In this document: positions 51,187 through 64,000 of the stretch, piece after piece
Position numbering within the stretch: the stretch's first letter is position 1
Layout: each line of letters opens with the position of its first letter
Assembly: GCA_043228905.1 (NCBI GenBank)
Contig: JBHGNT010000001.1
Span: 25,172,001-25,236,000 of the forward strand
Length of the DNA stretch: 64,000 nucleotides
From: Azolla caroliniana
Taxonomy: Eukaryota; Plantae; Polypodiophyta
Direction of reading: 5' to 3'
The notes under the pieces: generated by a model
The model's database searches: none
What the model saw: the letters and a program-made list of their open reading frames with translations, nothing else
What the model was told of the DNA's origin: nothing
Program-made: the position numbers and the translations under genes

Positions 51187-51853
51187 TTGGGATATGTCCC
51201 CCCTAGTGGGAGGAAGATCTGACTGTCTGGAAAGCCGACAGTTGAGAAGCCGAGTTGATGAGCGACTCGGCCGAGAGTTTGTTGGGATATGTCCCTCAAG
51301 TGGGAGGAAGATCCAACCGTCCAGAAAGCCGATAGTTGAGGAGCCAAGTTGATGAGCGACTCAGTCGAAGCCGATAGGCCTAGGCCGAAACCAGAATCGT
51401 GTAAATAGCCAACTCCGGAGACTATACTTGTAAATAGTCTAAGTGTGCGCTCCACGTGGGCTACGTATGTATATAACCAGAAAGTTGCGTAAGTACATAT
51501 GCAACTAGGGCAAACTTTTAGTTAGTGTGTTAGTGAGACGAACAGAGTAAGAGAATGAGTGAGAGAAGAAGAGAGAGAAGTGTGAGCCGCGCCATAGCTG
51601 TGTGAGTAACAGTAGACGGGAAGAGCCCTGTGTGGCTGATACACTCGACAAAGTGTTGTATTCCTCTCGGTGTTGTATATCCACTTTGTATAGTGAAGAA
51701 ATCTGTTCACCCGTGGTTTTCCCTGTTTTAGGGTTTCCACGTAAATCTCTGTGCACCATTGTTCATCTTGTCTTTTCTTTGGCATATTTCTGTGATTCGT
51801 ATTTCAGCACTGTATATTCATTGTGATTTATATTCCGCATCGATTTCTCATCA
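51187..51853 (+). mobile_element. Copia-type solo LTR (667 bp) in X2 gag, flanked by a 56-bp duplication
   Basis: Ends ...ctcatca. It carries the atagtgaa...cccgtggttttccc..tttagggtttccac motif also seen in the C2 LTRs, a TATA at about 51470 and a 95-bp tandem repeat at its start. 51131-51186 is identical to 51854-51909. Confidence 0.82.
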
Positions 51854-52919
51854 GAACCGAGGTGCAAAGCCTCCAAGGCAAATCTGCACCATTTCATTGT
51901 TGTCAGTGCCAACATTGATCGACATGAGGGCATTGCATGGCTCCTTGATCTTCAAGGTGTAGTTGCCGATTCACATGTCCCTTTGTAGCATACCGTTCAC
52001 CTCTTGATGGAGTTGAAGCTTTCTTGCAATCGTTTTTTCTGCAAAAATCTTCTTTAGGTTCCACCACGCCTCCTTCGGCATTTTGGCCTCTCGGATCTAG
52101 CCCAACATGTGATCATGGACGCATGATGCAAGGCAGTACAACACACGACTCACCTCTTGCTCCCAAGTTGGGTAGTCAGCATGTGTTGGGTTGGGTTGAT
52201 TTTCGTTTGCTCCTTCAATGTAACTCCAATTGCCTTGGCCGACAAGGTATTGGTGCATCTTATACTCCCAAGATGCAAAGTTGTTTCTGTCGAGCTTCTC
52301 GATAGGAAGAGCACATCCCATCTGAGTGTTCATGTCGAGGTTTTTCTTCTTCTTTGATGCGAACTTTGCAGATTGCTGCTACAACGATCAACCGGTTCTT
52401 TCTGAATGCGGGATTGGGCACAACACACGCAGAGACAATGGGTTTCAATCAAGCAACCACTCGCTCTGATACCATGTAAAGAATCGAGGGATGATTTTGT
52501 GCAATGGAAGAACTGTGTGTGTAGAGAGAGAGAGTTACATAAACACAAAAAATTGTATTACAAGGAAAACTAGAATGACCAACAATTACAAAGAGAAGGA
52601 AAAGATGCTTATGTAGTTACCTTCTCTCTAGGTTCTCTCACTAGAGTCGCCTCTTGGGAAAGAGGTCAAGTCTTAACTACGTATAGAATATGTGTCATAG
52701 AACATTAATATCTTATGACACACTAGTTACTATACAAGGAGGTGGAGTCTTCACACACTTGAGTATCCTAGAGTGTGTTCCCACACACTTGAGTATCCTA
52801 GAGTGTGTTCCTACACACAAGAAGTTGAGTTTGATTCTCAACACTGGCAAAAATGGATCATATATGCTCACAAAGATCATATCTATGGATAGACTCAGTG
52901 CTTGTCGACGGAGGACAGG

Positions 52920-55764
52920 TGTCATAGATACACCAAGCACGGACTAGGATGGAGCACAGATGATGGGGCTACGAGCGACAGATGAACTTGGAGCTAGATG
53001 TGACAAGGCTAGGAACTCTAGATGTTGTGAGCGACATGAGGGCATGAAGACAGAAATAAAGATCAAGGAGACAAAGATGAGGCGAAACGAGAATACTAGA
53101 TTGATGTGTCAATAACTGGTGTTGAATCCCTTGAAAGAGACCAAGGAGGTTACAAGTATTTATACATGTTCCGAGATTGAATTTCTCTAGAATATACTCG
53201 TCTAGAATATGTCGTACAATATTTCTAGAATATACTACTTACTAGAATATTAAACGATAGAATATATGCTAGATGATAGAATACTAAACCATTATATAGA
53301 TGCATTCTCATATCAAAATAGTTGAGCATGACATCTTGTAGTTGTGAGGTTGCAGGTTCAATCCTCACTAACTACGTATTTTACATCATTGTGTCGTGAC
53401 TCGTGACATTATCCTCCCCTTTACAGCCGCCTTTCTAAAAGTGTGGTGTAGGGGTGGACGGGAATTGGAGAACTGACAGGCGTGAGGAACCATATGTTGT
53501 CTATGTTAGGGGCATGACCATTTAATATCCCGTGGTGAGAATTTACCGTAGTATTCTATACACGTGGATAAGTGTGAGGGTTAAACGAGAGTGTAAAGAA
53601 GGGGAGGATTGGAGCAACCTCACTTGAAGTGGGTCAAGCCCTACGTACTCAACATCATTATGGCTATAGGTGTTTCTTTACGTAACGAAATCGAGGTCAT
53701 CAACGGGGTTGTCAACAATAAAAAATTGTTGAAAAAGGGATGGTGACAACGCCATTCTCACAAAAATGTGAGGACGGCCACCAACATCCTTTTCCCGACA
53801 AGGACAACTTTCGATATAATCACGTAATAACGAATATACACATATGTTTACTTATCACATATATACGATCAAATACGTATATACGTGACCACATATGCCT
53901 ATATTAAACATATCGTTATATTAAATAGCCACAAATGATGTGATCGAGATACGTAATCAAGGTATATACCTTTATGCACACGAAACATCCACAAATAAGA
54001 GATCATCGTAATACGCAATTGAGGTATTGACCTCTTTCGCATACGAGACCAAACGCATATCCTTTACAACAAATCAAGGTATTAAACTCATACGCAAACG
54101 TAACAGTCCTCACCGGAGACTAGAACACCAATGGACGTGAGTGACCATGTGCGGTCCTCCTCAGAAATTGGAACACCAACGAGCGTGAGCGACCATGTAC
54201 TGTCCTCACCGAAGATTAGAACCCCGACGGGTGGTGAGCGGCCATGTGTGGCCCTCACCGAAGACTAGAACATGGACAAACGTGAGAGACCATGTGCGGT
54301 CCTCACCGAAGACTAGAACATGGACGGGCATGAACGATAATGTGGCCCTCATTGGAAACTGGAACACAAATGGGAGTGAGCGACCATGCGGTGAGCGGCC
54401 ATGTGTGGCCCTCACCGAAGACTAGAACATGGACAAACGTGAGAGACCATGTGTGGTCCTCACCGAAGACTAGAACATGGACGGGCATGAACGATAATGT
54501 GGCCCTCATTGGGAACTGGAACACAAATGGGAGTGAGCGACCATGCGGTCGTTACTGGGAACTCGAACATGAACGAGAGTGACCAACCATGCGGCCCTCA
54601 CCGGGGACTTGAACACGAACGGACGTGAGCGACCATGCGGCCCTCACTAGGAACTCAAACACGAACGGGTGTGAGCGACCATGTGTGTCCTTCACCGGGA
54701 ACTCGAACACGAACGGGCATGAGCAACCATGTGGTTCTCACCAGGAACTGGAACAATAACAACGTGAGCGAACACGTGCGGTCCTCATCAGGAACATGAA
54801 CACCAATGGGCAAAAGAGTGCAAGTGAAGCGGTTGACTCAACTTCTTCTATTATGAGAGGGTAAATAGTCGTGGTTGACCCAAAACACAACACAAACGGT
54901 AGCACTAGCAAGAAACCAACGTGATCCTCACTAAGAAAGTGAGCAGTTGTGACCCCCACCAAAACTAGAAGGTGAGCAGTCGTAAAAGGAAAATGGCACG
55001 AGACTTGAACTAAAATGAAAATGGAGTGCAAGCGAGCAATGATTCGATCCCCACCAAGAAAGTGAGTGGTTGTAACCCCCACCGAAACTGGGAAGGTGAG
55101 CGATCAAAAGAAATCCTCACCAAAATCGTGATGTAAAATGATAATTGATAATTGATTACGATGAAGGTTGGGCGAAGAGGTGCTGAAAAAGATGATGTCG
55201 AAGACTAGGATGTTGATGACGGTAACTCTAGAAGCAATGACGGTGATGATGGTAACTCTAGAAGCAAAGGCGATAACGAAGAGGGGTGATGCTTCCAGTT
55301 GGAAGGGATTCAAACTGTCACAGACACACCAAGCATGGACTAGGACGGAGCCCAGATGATGGGGCTACGAGCGACGGATGAAGTTGGAGCTAGATGTGAC
55401 AAGGCTAGGAACTCTAGATGTTGTGATCGGCGTGAGGGCATGAAGATAGAAATAAAGATCAAGGAGATAAAGATTAGGCGAAACGAAAATACTAGATTGA
55501 TGTGTCAATGACTGGTGTTGAATCCCTTGAAAGAGACCAAGGAGGTTACAAGTATTTATACATGTTCCGAGATTGAATATCTCTAGAATATACTCGTCTA
55601 GAATATGTCGTACAATATTTCTAGAATATACTACTAACTAGAATATTCTGATTTTGAAATGTATTATATGCTATGTCAAAATGGTTGAGTATGACACTTT
55701 GTAGCTATGAGGTTGCAGGTTCAATTCTCACTAACTATGTATTTTACATCCTTGTGCCGTGACA
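52920..55764 (-). mobile_element. Non-autonomous LTR retroelement (LARD/TRIM-like, 2845 bp); LTRs 52920-53408 and 55316-55764; no recognisable pol
   Basis: TG...CA LTR pair with a perfect 5-bp TSD acagg (52915-52919, 55765-55769). PPT complement ttatcctcccctt at 53409. There is no TGG-type tRNA PBS. Confidence 0.92.
54105..54810. repeat. Tandem array of about 14-15 monomers of 46-48 bp, with a 157-bp higher-order duplication
   Basis: Monomer is approximately cctcaccgRagactNgaacaYNNacgRRcgtgagcgaccatg(tg)cggY. The block starting at 54233 recurs at 54390. Confidence 0.9.
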
Positions 55765-56155
55765 ACAGGTTTGGCCGACTCTCCCTACATGAGTTTTTTA
55801 GGATTTTGTCCCTCTTAATGGGAGAAATCAGCAACCGCATTCTAGTCGATCGGCTGCATCGACCAACGAGTCAATTTGGGAGTCGACTAAACTGAAGGTC
55901 TACTGAATCAAAGGACTTTGAGAGTCGACAAGGAGGTCGAAGTTGAGGCCGACTAGTCGGACCGACTATGTAAATGAAGAAGAGGCTAGCTAGCCAGACC
56001 AACTATGTGGACGAAGACGACTCGACTAGTCGGACCGACTGAATAGTTGACAATAGGAGTCGGCTAGTGGTATTGACTAGACTGTTTACCTGTGGGTCGG
56101 ACAATTGAGTTGACAAGTCGGTCAATTAATTATTATTATATTATAATAATATATT

Positions 56156-56205
<50 letters not shown>

Positions 56206-59200
56206 GAAGCTAGGGCAAGATTATTATGTAGGTGTAACAAATTATAGTATTAAGAGATACATAGAGTAGAAGAGAAGAGCAAGAGTGTGAGTGTGAGAGG
56301 AAGTGAAGGCATAGTTTTGTGGAACTTGCCCAAACCCTACTAAGGGATTCTCTGAGATTTGAGTGTTACAAATAGAAAGCTTGAGAGCTTTGTAACCTTC
56401 TCTTTGTACTCTTGAATCATAGTGAAACTTTGTTGCCCCGTGGTTTTCCCCATTTTAGGATTTCCACAGAAAGATTGTGTACTTTGAGTTTTTTGTTTGT
56501 GTCTCTATTCATTTTTCTTGTTTATATCTGACCTTAAAACTCAACACAAAACACAATCCTTGAACGAAATTATCTCACAATCATAGTGTACACTCTTGAG
56601 TCTCAATTATGACATTAATGAGTATAGTTCTTAAAATGGTTTATGTCTGATTAATCTAAAAATGCAATCTCACTTATCCATACCCTAAAGGTTTCTATAC
56701 ATGCTTTCCCTAGCCTTCACGCTAGTGTGTGGCATTGTATACATCATCAGAAAGGAGTTACATTAGCCAAATTAGTAGAAGGATTTTGAAGAGGATGTAG
56801 GAAATGGGGTCAACTAATTGGCTATGGTTTATAAAGGTTAACAATCTAATAACCTCAACGAATTTCTTCAGCCCTTCATTACCTTGTCTTGTTCAATTGG
56901 ACAAAGTCAAATTTATGCATTTTAATGCATGACAATGCACATTTTTAAAACATCTAATCAAAATGCATGAAATTAGAGCATTAGATTTTATTTTCCTTAA
57001 CTTTACCATAAGTAAGTATGTAAGTTATTGATTAGTCTTATAATTCCTCATTTTGTGGGTTTATCATGAGTAAATATGTACGTTGTTGATTAGTCTTTGC
57101 AATCCCTTAGTTTGTGGGTGTATTCGGATTTCCTTCTTTTGCCTTCTCCATTTCCTTTGTGGGAGTTGGATGTATTGGGATTTTGAGAGTTAAAGTTTTC
57201 TCTTTACTACCAAAATTTAACTCCTTTCTTAAATTAATTTAAGCTATTTAAAAAATTTATCATGAGTTTCTAAAACCAAAAGCAATGGCTTTAAAATATG
57301 GAAATGCTTAAGGAAATGAAACTACTTACATCTATTGAGATTTAATGGAAAACAAACCAATCTGAACAAAAAATAGAGAAGACAATATAGAGAGATATTT
57401 GAACTTGGGATTGCAAAATCAGATATAACGAGGTTAATTAACACACCATAAATTTATTAGAAATAAAGCAAAATGTGAACAAGTGTATAGAGCCATTTTA
57501 ATTTCAAGCATTTGAATTAGATTGTATGCATCTAACATGTACATTGGTTCTCACGCATCCAAATTAAGACAACTCAACAAATAGAGGAGAGTGAGGCTAT
57601 GATCTTCTTGTGCCCCACTTCTTCACCATAGCTTTTTTGAGCTCATGTCTTTGTTAGACATGCGGATATACTTGGAAGATTATATAATATTCAAACTTCA
57701 CCAAGGTCCATTCAATTCTATATGTGAATGGTTATACAATTAGCTCCAAGCATTAGAGCTTGGCAATTCCATAAACTAGACTTGGAAAATATGTGAATGT
57801 GGTTGGTATGTGCACCATCGAACTATTGATTATTGGCTCCTCCTAATCTTGAAGCAAATAATAGGTAATGATTGATGGTATAGACCAAATGTACATAGCC
57901 TAGTTGATTGGGATGGTGCCCATGATCCCAAGGTATAGATTTAGATCCTAAAATAGTTATGAAGTGGTACCATGTTAGTACTAGGACATAAATAGATATT
58001 CACATTTTCTCTCTTTTAGCATTGAATAATCATTTGCTACACCAACATGCATCACATACAAATACTTTGGCCTAAATTATTTTGATGTTTGCAAAGAAGA
58101 AATACATAAGATGTGCTACTTATCCAACAAGGTTACTGCAAGAGATATGGAGTGAAATTGTAGCCACTCTGAAGAGCCAATATGATGGCCTTAAAGGTGG
58201 CTCCGAGGGAGTTGAAAGACAACGCATAGCCTTCATCCAACCATGGTCGTCCTCTCCCTTTCTTGAGTCAGTGGGCTTCCACATTAGATGGAACTATCGC
58301 GTCCCTTTAGGGATTTGTACATAATCGTCTCATTTGTAAAATTTTATAACTAATGGAAGGAGTTTTTTTTTGGAAAAAAAAAAAAAAAAAAAAAAAGATG
58401 TGCTACTTGCATATATTAATGTCTAAATATGTATCCATGTTAGTGGAGACAATTTATATATACAAACCAACACAACACATCTTCCCATGTTACTTTGTCG
58501 TCGCTTTTATGACTGTATTGCTTGCATATGTATATTCATGTCTAAATGTTTTCTTACGTGGAGACAATTTTATATGTAGCTAACCAACTTTGTACATTTC
58601 CCATAGGATATTATTGTTAGGATTATGAATGTATGTACATGTATATGCATCTATTTGCATAATGAAAATGACCTAATATCCCATAACATTGTAGACTAAT
58701 TGCATGATGGTAATGGTATGTAATAGGAAGTCGTGTGTGAAGTTTCTCATCTATTTAGAACTTTTACAATACTTTTTAAAGGAACCTACAATTTACTATG
58801 AGAGATATTTGACTTGTAATATACTTTTATTTATGTGGCCAATTCCATAACAAGGATGCATGTGCATGTGCATGTGCTTGCAACAATCATCATACAGTTC
58901 TTGGAAAGATGGCTTGGGCCTTGCTCCAAAGTTGTGTTTTTCATGTGTATAATTTCTAAGTTTTGAATAGTATTTTAAGAAAGTTTATAAGTATATAAGG
59001 ATTCCGAGCATTAGGTTTTAGTTAAGTTTATAAGAAAAGGGTACCTAACATAGAGTTGGGTGCTGAATTGTGAAGAGATTGGAGGATGTCTTTGCTGAAT
59101 GTGGGTTGTGTGAGGCTCATGTTGAGGGGATTCTGTCGAGTAATATTGTGTTGAGGCTTTGTTGCTTCATTTATACATGTCGTTTTCTTGTAGCCATGCA

Positions 59201-61050
59201 AATTGGCTTGTAACATATGAGTTGTATATTATCCTATGTACTTTTTCTTAACTAATGGAAGTAGTAATGTTTTTTGGAAAAAATAAAGAGAAAGAAAAGA
59301 GGGGCATCTCCCTTGTTAAATTAAATAATGTTATGATCTATCAAGAAAGTTCCCAAATGTAAACTTCAATTTACAACCAATTAAATTCTAGATCTGTCTG
59401 ATTTGGAACATTATCACTTCTAGTTAAGAGGGTGTCCTAATAAGATATCTACTATGATAAACATCCTCAACCGTCATCGTAACTTCTAATCGTCAAGGCA
59501 TAGCCTACTCCAATCTGATTTTGTTATAAAACGGTGTTATCACATGCAAAAAGATGGGGATCCAAATTTTGTCACATGTCATTGATCAAGGCATAAAGCT
59601 ATTTCTGATATGATGTTTCTACATCATGAAAAAGGGGGAACACATTTCACTGGTACAAAAAGAAGATTTGATCATGCATAGTTCATTGCAAGATGTACTT
59701 GCCCAACTCTATTTGTTTGCAAGAAGATAAAATGTTCCTATTGGAAGTAAACTGTAAAACATAGACATATATTGATGGGGTCAAGAGCATATGGATAGAC
59801 AATTAAAGGTTAGGAATACTGGAGGAGACCATGTATGTACAATGCAAATGTTGTTTATAGTAATGAAAGGGATAGGGCTTAGAAATTTGGCATGACTACC
59901 TTTGGGCATTCCAAATAAGTGCGAAATGGTAGGAATGTGCCACTTTCTAGGGTTATTCCAACAAGATGCTAACAACATTCGCGTATTAGCTATATTATCA
60001 TTATAGTTAGGTGGGCTCTTTTTGAACTGTTATTTGTTTCGATTGGTCATTTTATTATGAGAGATTTAAAATTTGCGCTTCGATTCACCAAGGTGATGTA
60101 GTTAACACCTTAAAACATTGGTTGATTTGTTATAACTTATAATGTACTGATACATTAGCATTATGAAAAAAAAAATGGAGCATAAGAACTATGGAAGGAG
60201 CAAGATTTTGCTTTTGAAAACAACAAATTTTTAGGGGCAACTCAAACCACTTGCATTTGTATTCTTATGATGAATTAGTGGCTACATTTATGTTTGTATC
60301 AACATTCCTCTTTCATTTCACCTTGCAAGAGGACCTACAATCTATGTTCATGTTCTCAATTAAAAGTAATGCCAAGGGAACAAAAATAAAATCAATGTGT
60401 CATAGATATGTACGCCAACATAACATAATTGGCATTGTGAAGTTAGAACATTCAATTTCAACAATGTGCACCAAAATGATATCATTTGTTATTGTGAAAC
60501 AAAACATTGAAGTTTACAAACTGCACAAACAAAGTAAAGGTAGTATAATTGTTAGAAACCATATCTAATCATTCATTGCTTTATGGTTTTCATATCAAAA
60601 TTCCATCAAATTGATATAAATTAGTAAACACAATCATCAATGCTACATTGCTTATTTGTAGGAAAGTTTTGAATAGCAGTTACATGTCTTGTCTCAATAC
60701 ATTCCAAAATAACTAACATGATAAGGTCATGCAACTTGCATTTCTGACTAACTTTATGTGATTATTATCTTTATTGCACTTTTATCTACCATTGCAAGAG
60801 AACTTATAGTCTACATTCATTTTCATGAATAAAAACTATGCTATAGGAAGATATATACGAACAAGCAAAGTAACATAAGTATATTGTATGTATATAACAC
60901 AACTAGTGTTATATGCTAATGTAACATAACTAGTAATAGCAACACAAGAGGGGGAAATTGAATGTTGATATAGTGAGCCAAAACAACATAATGTGGGACA
61001 AATGAGAACAATGCAAATGTGATTAGCTAATATAGTCAGTAAATGTGAAA

Positions 61051-61201
61051 TGTTTGTTTGCGACCAATTTAGAGATCTTCTTTACAATGAACCATTAAAT
61101 GTAACATGTTTGTTTGTGGCCAACATAGACATCTTCTTTACAATGAACCATTAAATATAACATGTTTGTTTGTGACCAACTTAGAGATATACTTTACAAT
61201 G
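61051..61201. repeat. 56-bp tandem repeat, about 2.7 copies
   Basis: tgtttgtttg.g.ccaa..taga.at...ctttacaatg begins at 61051, 61107 and 61163. Confidence 0.85.
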
Positions 61202-64000
61202 GAAGTCGTAATTCAAAGCGGTTATTTTTATCATATGCTGTGAGAATAGGTTGGTTACACTAGATAAAACCCTCATGTAGGTTAGCAATAAATATTCAAT
61301 CTCCTTATAAATTATATGGTCAACATCTAGTGAATTTCTATATGGAAATTTACTTATGGAATCTCAATTTTACTAGGTAACTTTATGGTTTTTGCGTACT
61401 TCGAGGAGGATTGTTGCATATTTTGTTCATTCTGGACATCTATTTTCTATCTCACAAGGAGATTACAATCGTTGGTAACAGAAGGAGATATCTAAGAATG
61501 GTCATGTATTTGTAACATGCTAGAACATACACCAAACTCCTCATCATATGGTTCAACAAGATACTATTCAATCCCAATGACATGTTAATTGAAACACAAA
61601 AACACACATGGATTTAAAAAAATAAATACAAAACATCGAGAAATAATATAACTTTGTATCAACCTTTCATTTTAGCCTTAGAATCATATCATTCTCTTTG
61701 TTGAGAAATAGAAGCCTATTGAAGTACAAGTATTTAACATCAATTTCTCATTCACTCGTATAAGTTCAAGGATAAATCATGGAAATAGTTTCTACCACCT
61801 CTTAGAAACAAGCTTGGCCTTTTTTGAAAAGCCACTTCCTCCAAGAGGAATTTGCTGTTTTACAAAAACCATTTTAGTGTAATGATATTTCTCAATGACA
61901 GAATTGTTCCGTTTTATTTATCTATGAAGATTGCAAGATATATACAGTTATTCACATCACTATTCCATACATTGTTGATAAATACTTTGAATCTCTTCTG
62001 GGCTTCTAGGACTCACTAACAAGATACAATGCATCATATTGTGCTATGCACCTATGGTCTTAGTCTTGGACAATTGTAAACCTTGGATTCTTGAGAGGCA
62101 TATTTATATGTCAATGTTAAAGCACTTACATAAACAACCATCATACTTCTCCACATTGCCTTGACCTTTGGATACTTGAGTGGCATCAAAATATGGTGTG
62201 CCAATAACATCTCCTCTTTGCTCCATGTACCTAAGGTTATTAATTATAAAAGACCCTCGCTAATGTTTATGTAGTCATGAGGTTCAAAATCTCACGATAT
62301 AGGTCATTATGCGATCCCACTCTCAACTCTCAATGGTACTCCCGTTAAGCTAACTACTAGAGTTAATCGATAACGAGAAACACATGTTGATCCATAATGG
62401 TTACCCAGCTTGGGTCCTCTTGGTTTGGACATGTAGAGTTCGGAAGAAAAATGCTTAACTACGCACTATCCATGCTAAACCATATTGGAATCTATTCCAT
62501 AGGATACGCAACGAGTAAAATTTCGTCACATTGGAATTTGTTAGTAGTTATAAATCGAGTGAATAGTATTGTCATTGGACTAAAGCAAATGACATTATTT
62601 TGAGTAATAACCCCTTGACACACAAGAACTTTCCACTACTTTATGGAGTTTTAATCTTGGAAATTTTAATGACGTGAACGCTCATCAACAAAATAGCTAA
62701 ATAGAAAATTATAAAGATATCCATATCTCGTGGTCTACTATGTATTCTCTAGTGATGCACTCTTTACGGTTGATAATTTACTAAGGGAGCCCCTAACTCC
62801 TCATGATTGATTATGTCTACAAGGTAAAACCAAGTTAGGGTGAACAATAACCAATTCCATGATGTAATGGCAACAACCTTGTAATTGGAAATTAACTAAC
62901 TAGTCAATTCATGAAACTATCCAAAGTCAATGTAGGCATTACCCAAGGTGCAGATTATGTAATTTGGGTTATACAGTACTAAAGATATATAGTAGTTCCC
63001 CCTCTTGAGCATTCAAGTGCGTCGGTTTCTTCAGAAGAAAGAAGAAGATATGGTTGAAAAGTGCTCTGCGGTACTTGCATGGTACATTATACTTCTAATT
63101 AGTGCATGTGGAAGGTGCCTTAAATAAATGTTTGGAGGTATTCATAGATGCATATATGTTGGGTTTAAGACTCTTTTAAGTATGTATATAAAAGACACGA
63201 AGACCATGTGACATGAACCACAGAAGGAGACACAAGTAGATCACATGGATGATGTAAAAAAGGTGGCGTGATGGGTTCTCCCCTTTATGTATATTTATTC
63301 CAATGGAAGAACCTAATAATATACAAAGTTGTTATGGTTTCCAATATGATAACTTGTAATCAAGCAAGCAAGCACTAGACTTAGTATGTGTAGTGGATCT
63401 ATGGTGGGACAAACATGTGCCTATGTATTCTCGGCCACACGTACATAAGCTCCTAATGTCAGGTCCGACTAATCAACTATCCTAGGAACATGGTGGATTA
63501 GTCGGAGATCTCTTGCAAAAACGTGATGGACCCACAAAAGTAGAGATGAAATTTAATGCAATTGAGAGAAGAAAATTGCGCCGATAAATGGTGCCATGGG
63601 AAAATGCATTCTTGTATAATGCCAATGTGCCTAAACACGAGAACTCTAGACTAGAGAAAAGCTCCTTTTTTATGTCTTTTGTCCCTACTCTTTACCATAA
63701 CATTCTTGCAAGTTTCCAATCCTCTTCAAGGTCGCATAGAAAAGCACAACCTTCACATCTTTCTCATTCCATTCAATCTTGTACAGTAATCAATCCTTTA
63801 ATCATGATGAACAATACATGCTACATATAATTAAACAACATCCTTTGTCAATTCTCCTCATTTTTTTCATCAAATGGGATCTTATATTGATTATTGCGCC
63901 TTAATCTCGGCCTCTATATTCACATTCTTGTTCTTCTTCCCGTCGGTCGTGAATTGCAGAGGATTGATCAATATCGAAGAGATTTCAAAGTTAAATACCA

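Larger units (their letters stand above)
33484..52843 (-). mobile_element. Ty1/copia element X2, degraded; 5' LTR 52475-52843; 3' LTR split into about 33484-33710 and 46932-47120; internal region 47121-52474
   Basis: PBS complement gctctgatacca at 52463-52474. Gag MNTQMGCALPIEKLDRNNFASWEYKMHQYL (52333). RT and RNase H remnants at 47250-49700. 33485-33640 matches 52564-52722 and 47027-47120 matches the LTR end. PPT complement cgcccctt at 47121. Confidence 0.85.
29721..56546 (+). mobile_element. Old Ty1/copia element C2, the outermost host of the second nest; LTRs 29721-30466 and about 55796-56546
   Basis: LTRs (tg)ttaggattttgtccctc...ccttaaaactcaaca are homologous but diverged. PBS tggtatcagagc at 30470-30481. 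The RNase H end (TKHIQRRYHWL, about 33480) resumes at 52844 (NGS.MLTK) and 55765. The TSD is weak (taaag/caaaa). Confidence 0.85.

Noticed and set aside
54105-54810. CRISPR-like array
   Set aside because: Units are contiguous diverged monomers with no unique spacers, there are no cas genes, and the context is a eukaryotic retroelement.
59300-63200. Possible decayed DNA-transposon coding remnants
   Set aside because: Only scattered Cys/His-rich fragments; no catalytic motif or termini could be supported by eye.

Overview
Land-plant nuclear DNA; the element types suggest a fern or other seed-free plant, which is an inference. It holds two host genes, both on the + strand: the last exon of a TMK-type LRR receptor kinase (600-1129) and a complete 9-exon KUP/HAK/KT potassium transporter (7805-13283) with one GC-AG intron. 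A LINE relic and a hAT MITE lie between them. From about 17 kb to 56.5 kb there is a nested LTR-retrotransposon cluster that can be resolved by LTRs, PBS, PPT and TSDs, with five levels of nesting at its deepest. It contains five Ty1/copia copies, two Ty3/gypsy families (tRNA-Ala and tRNA-Trp primed), three solo LTRs and two non-autonomous elements. The most unusual signals are: (1) a whole tRNA-Ala 3' half captured in a rearranged gypsy derivative, ending where modified base 37 lies; (2) a non-coding LTR element with a Tf1-style 11-nt self-priming site; (3) three related gypsy insertions that all have CpG-centred 4-bp TSDs; (4) a slippery site plus pseudoknot between protease and RT; (5) a solo LTR with a 56-bp target duplication. 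The last 7.5 kb is AT-rich and cannot be assigned. All comparisons were made by eye, and tRNA references are recalled consensus sequences, not database hits.
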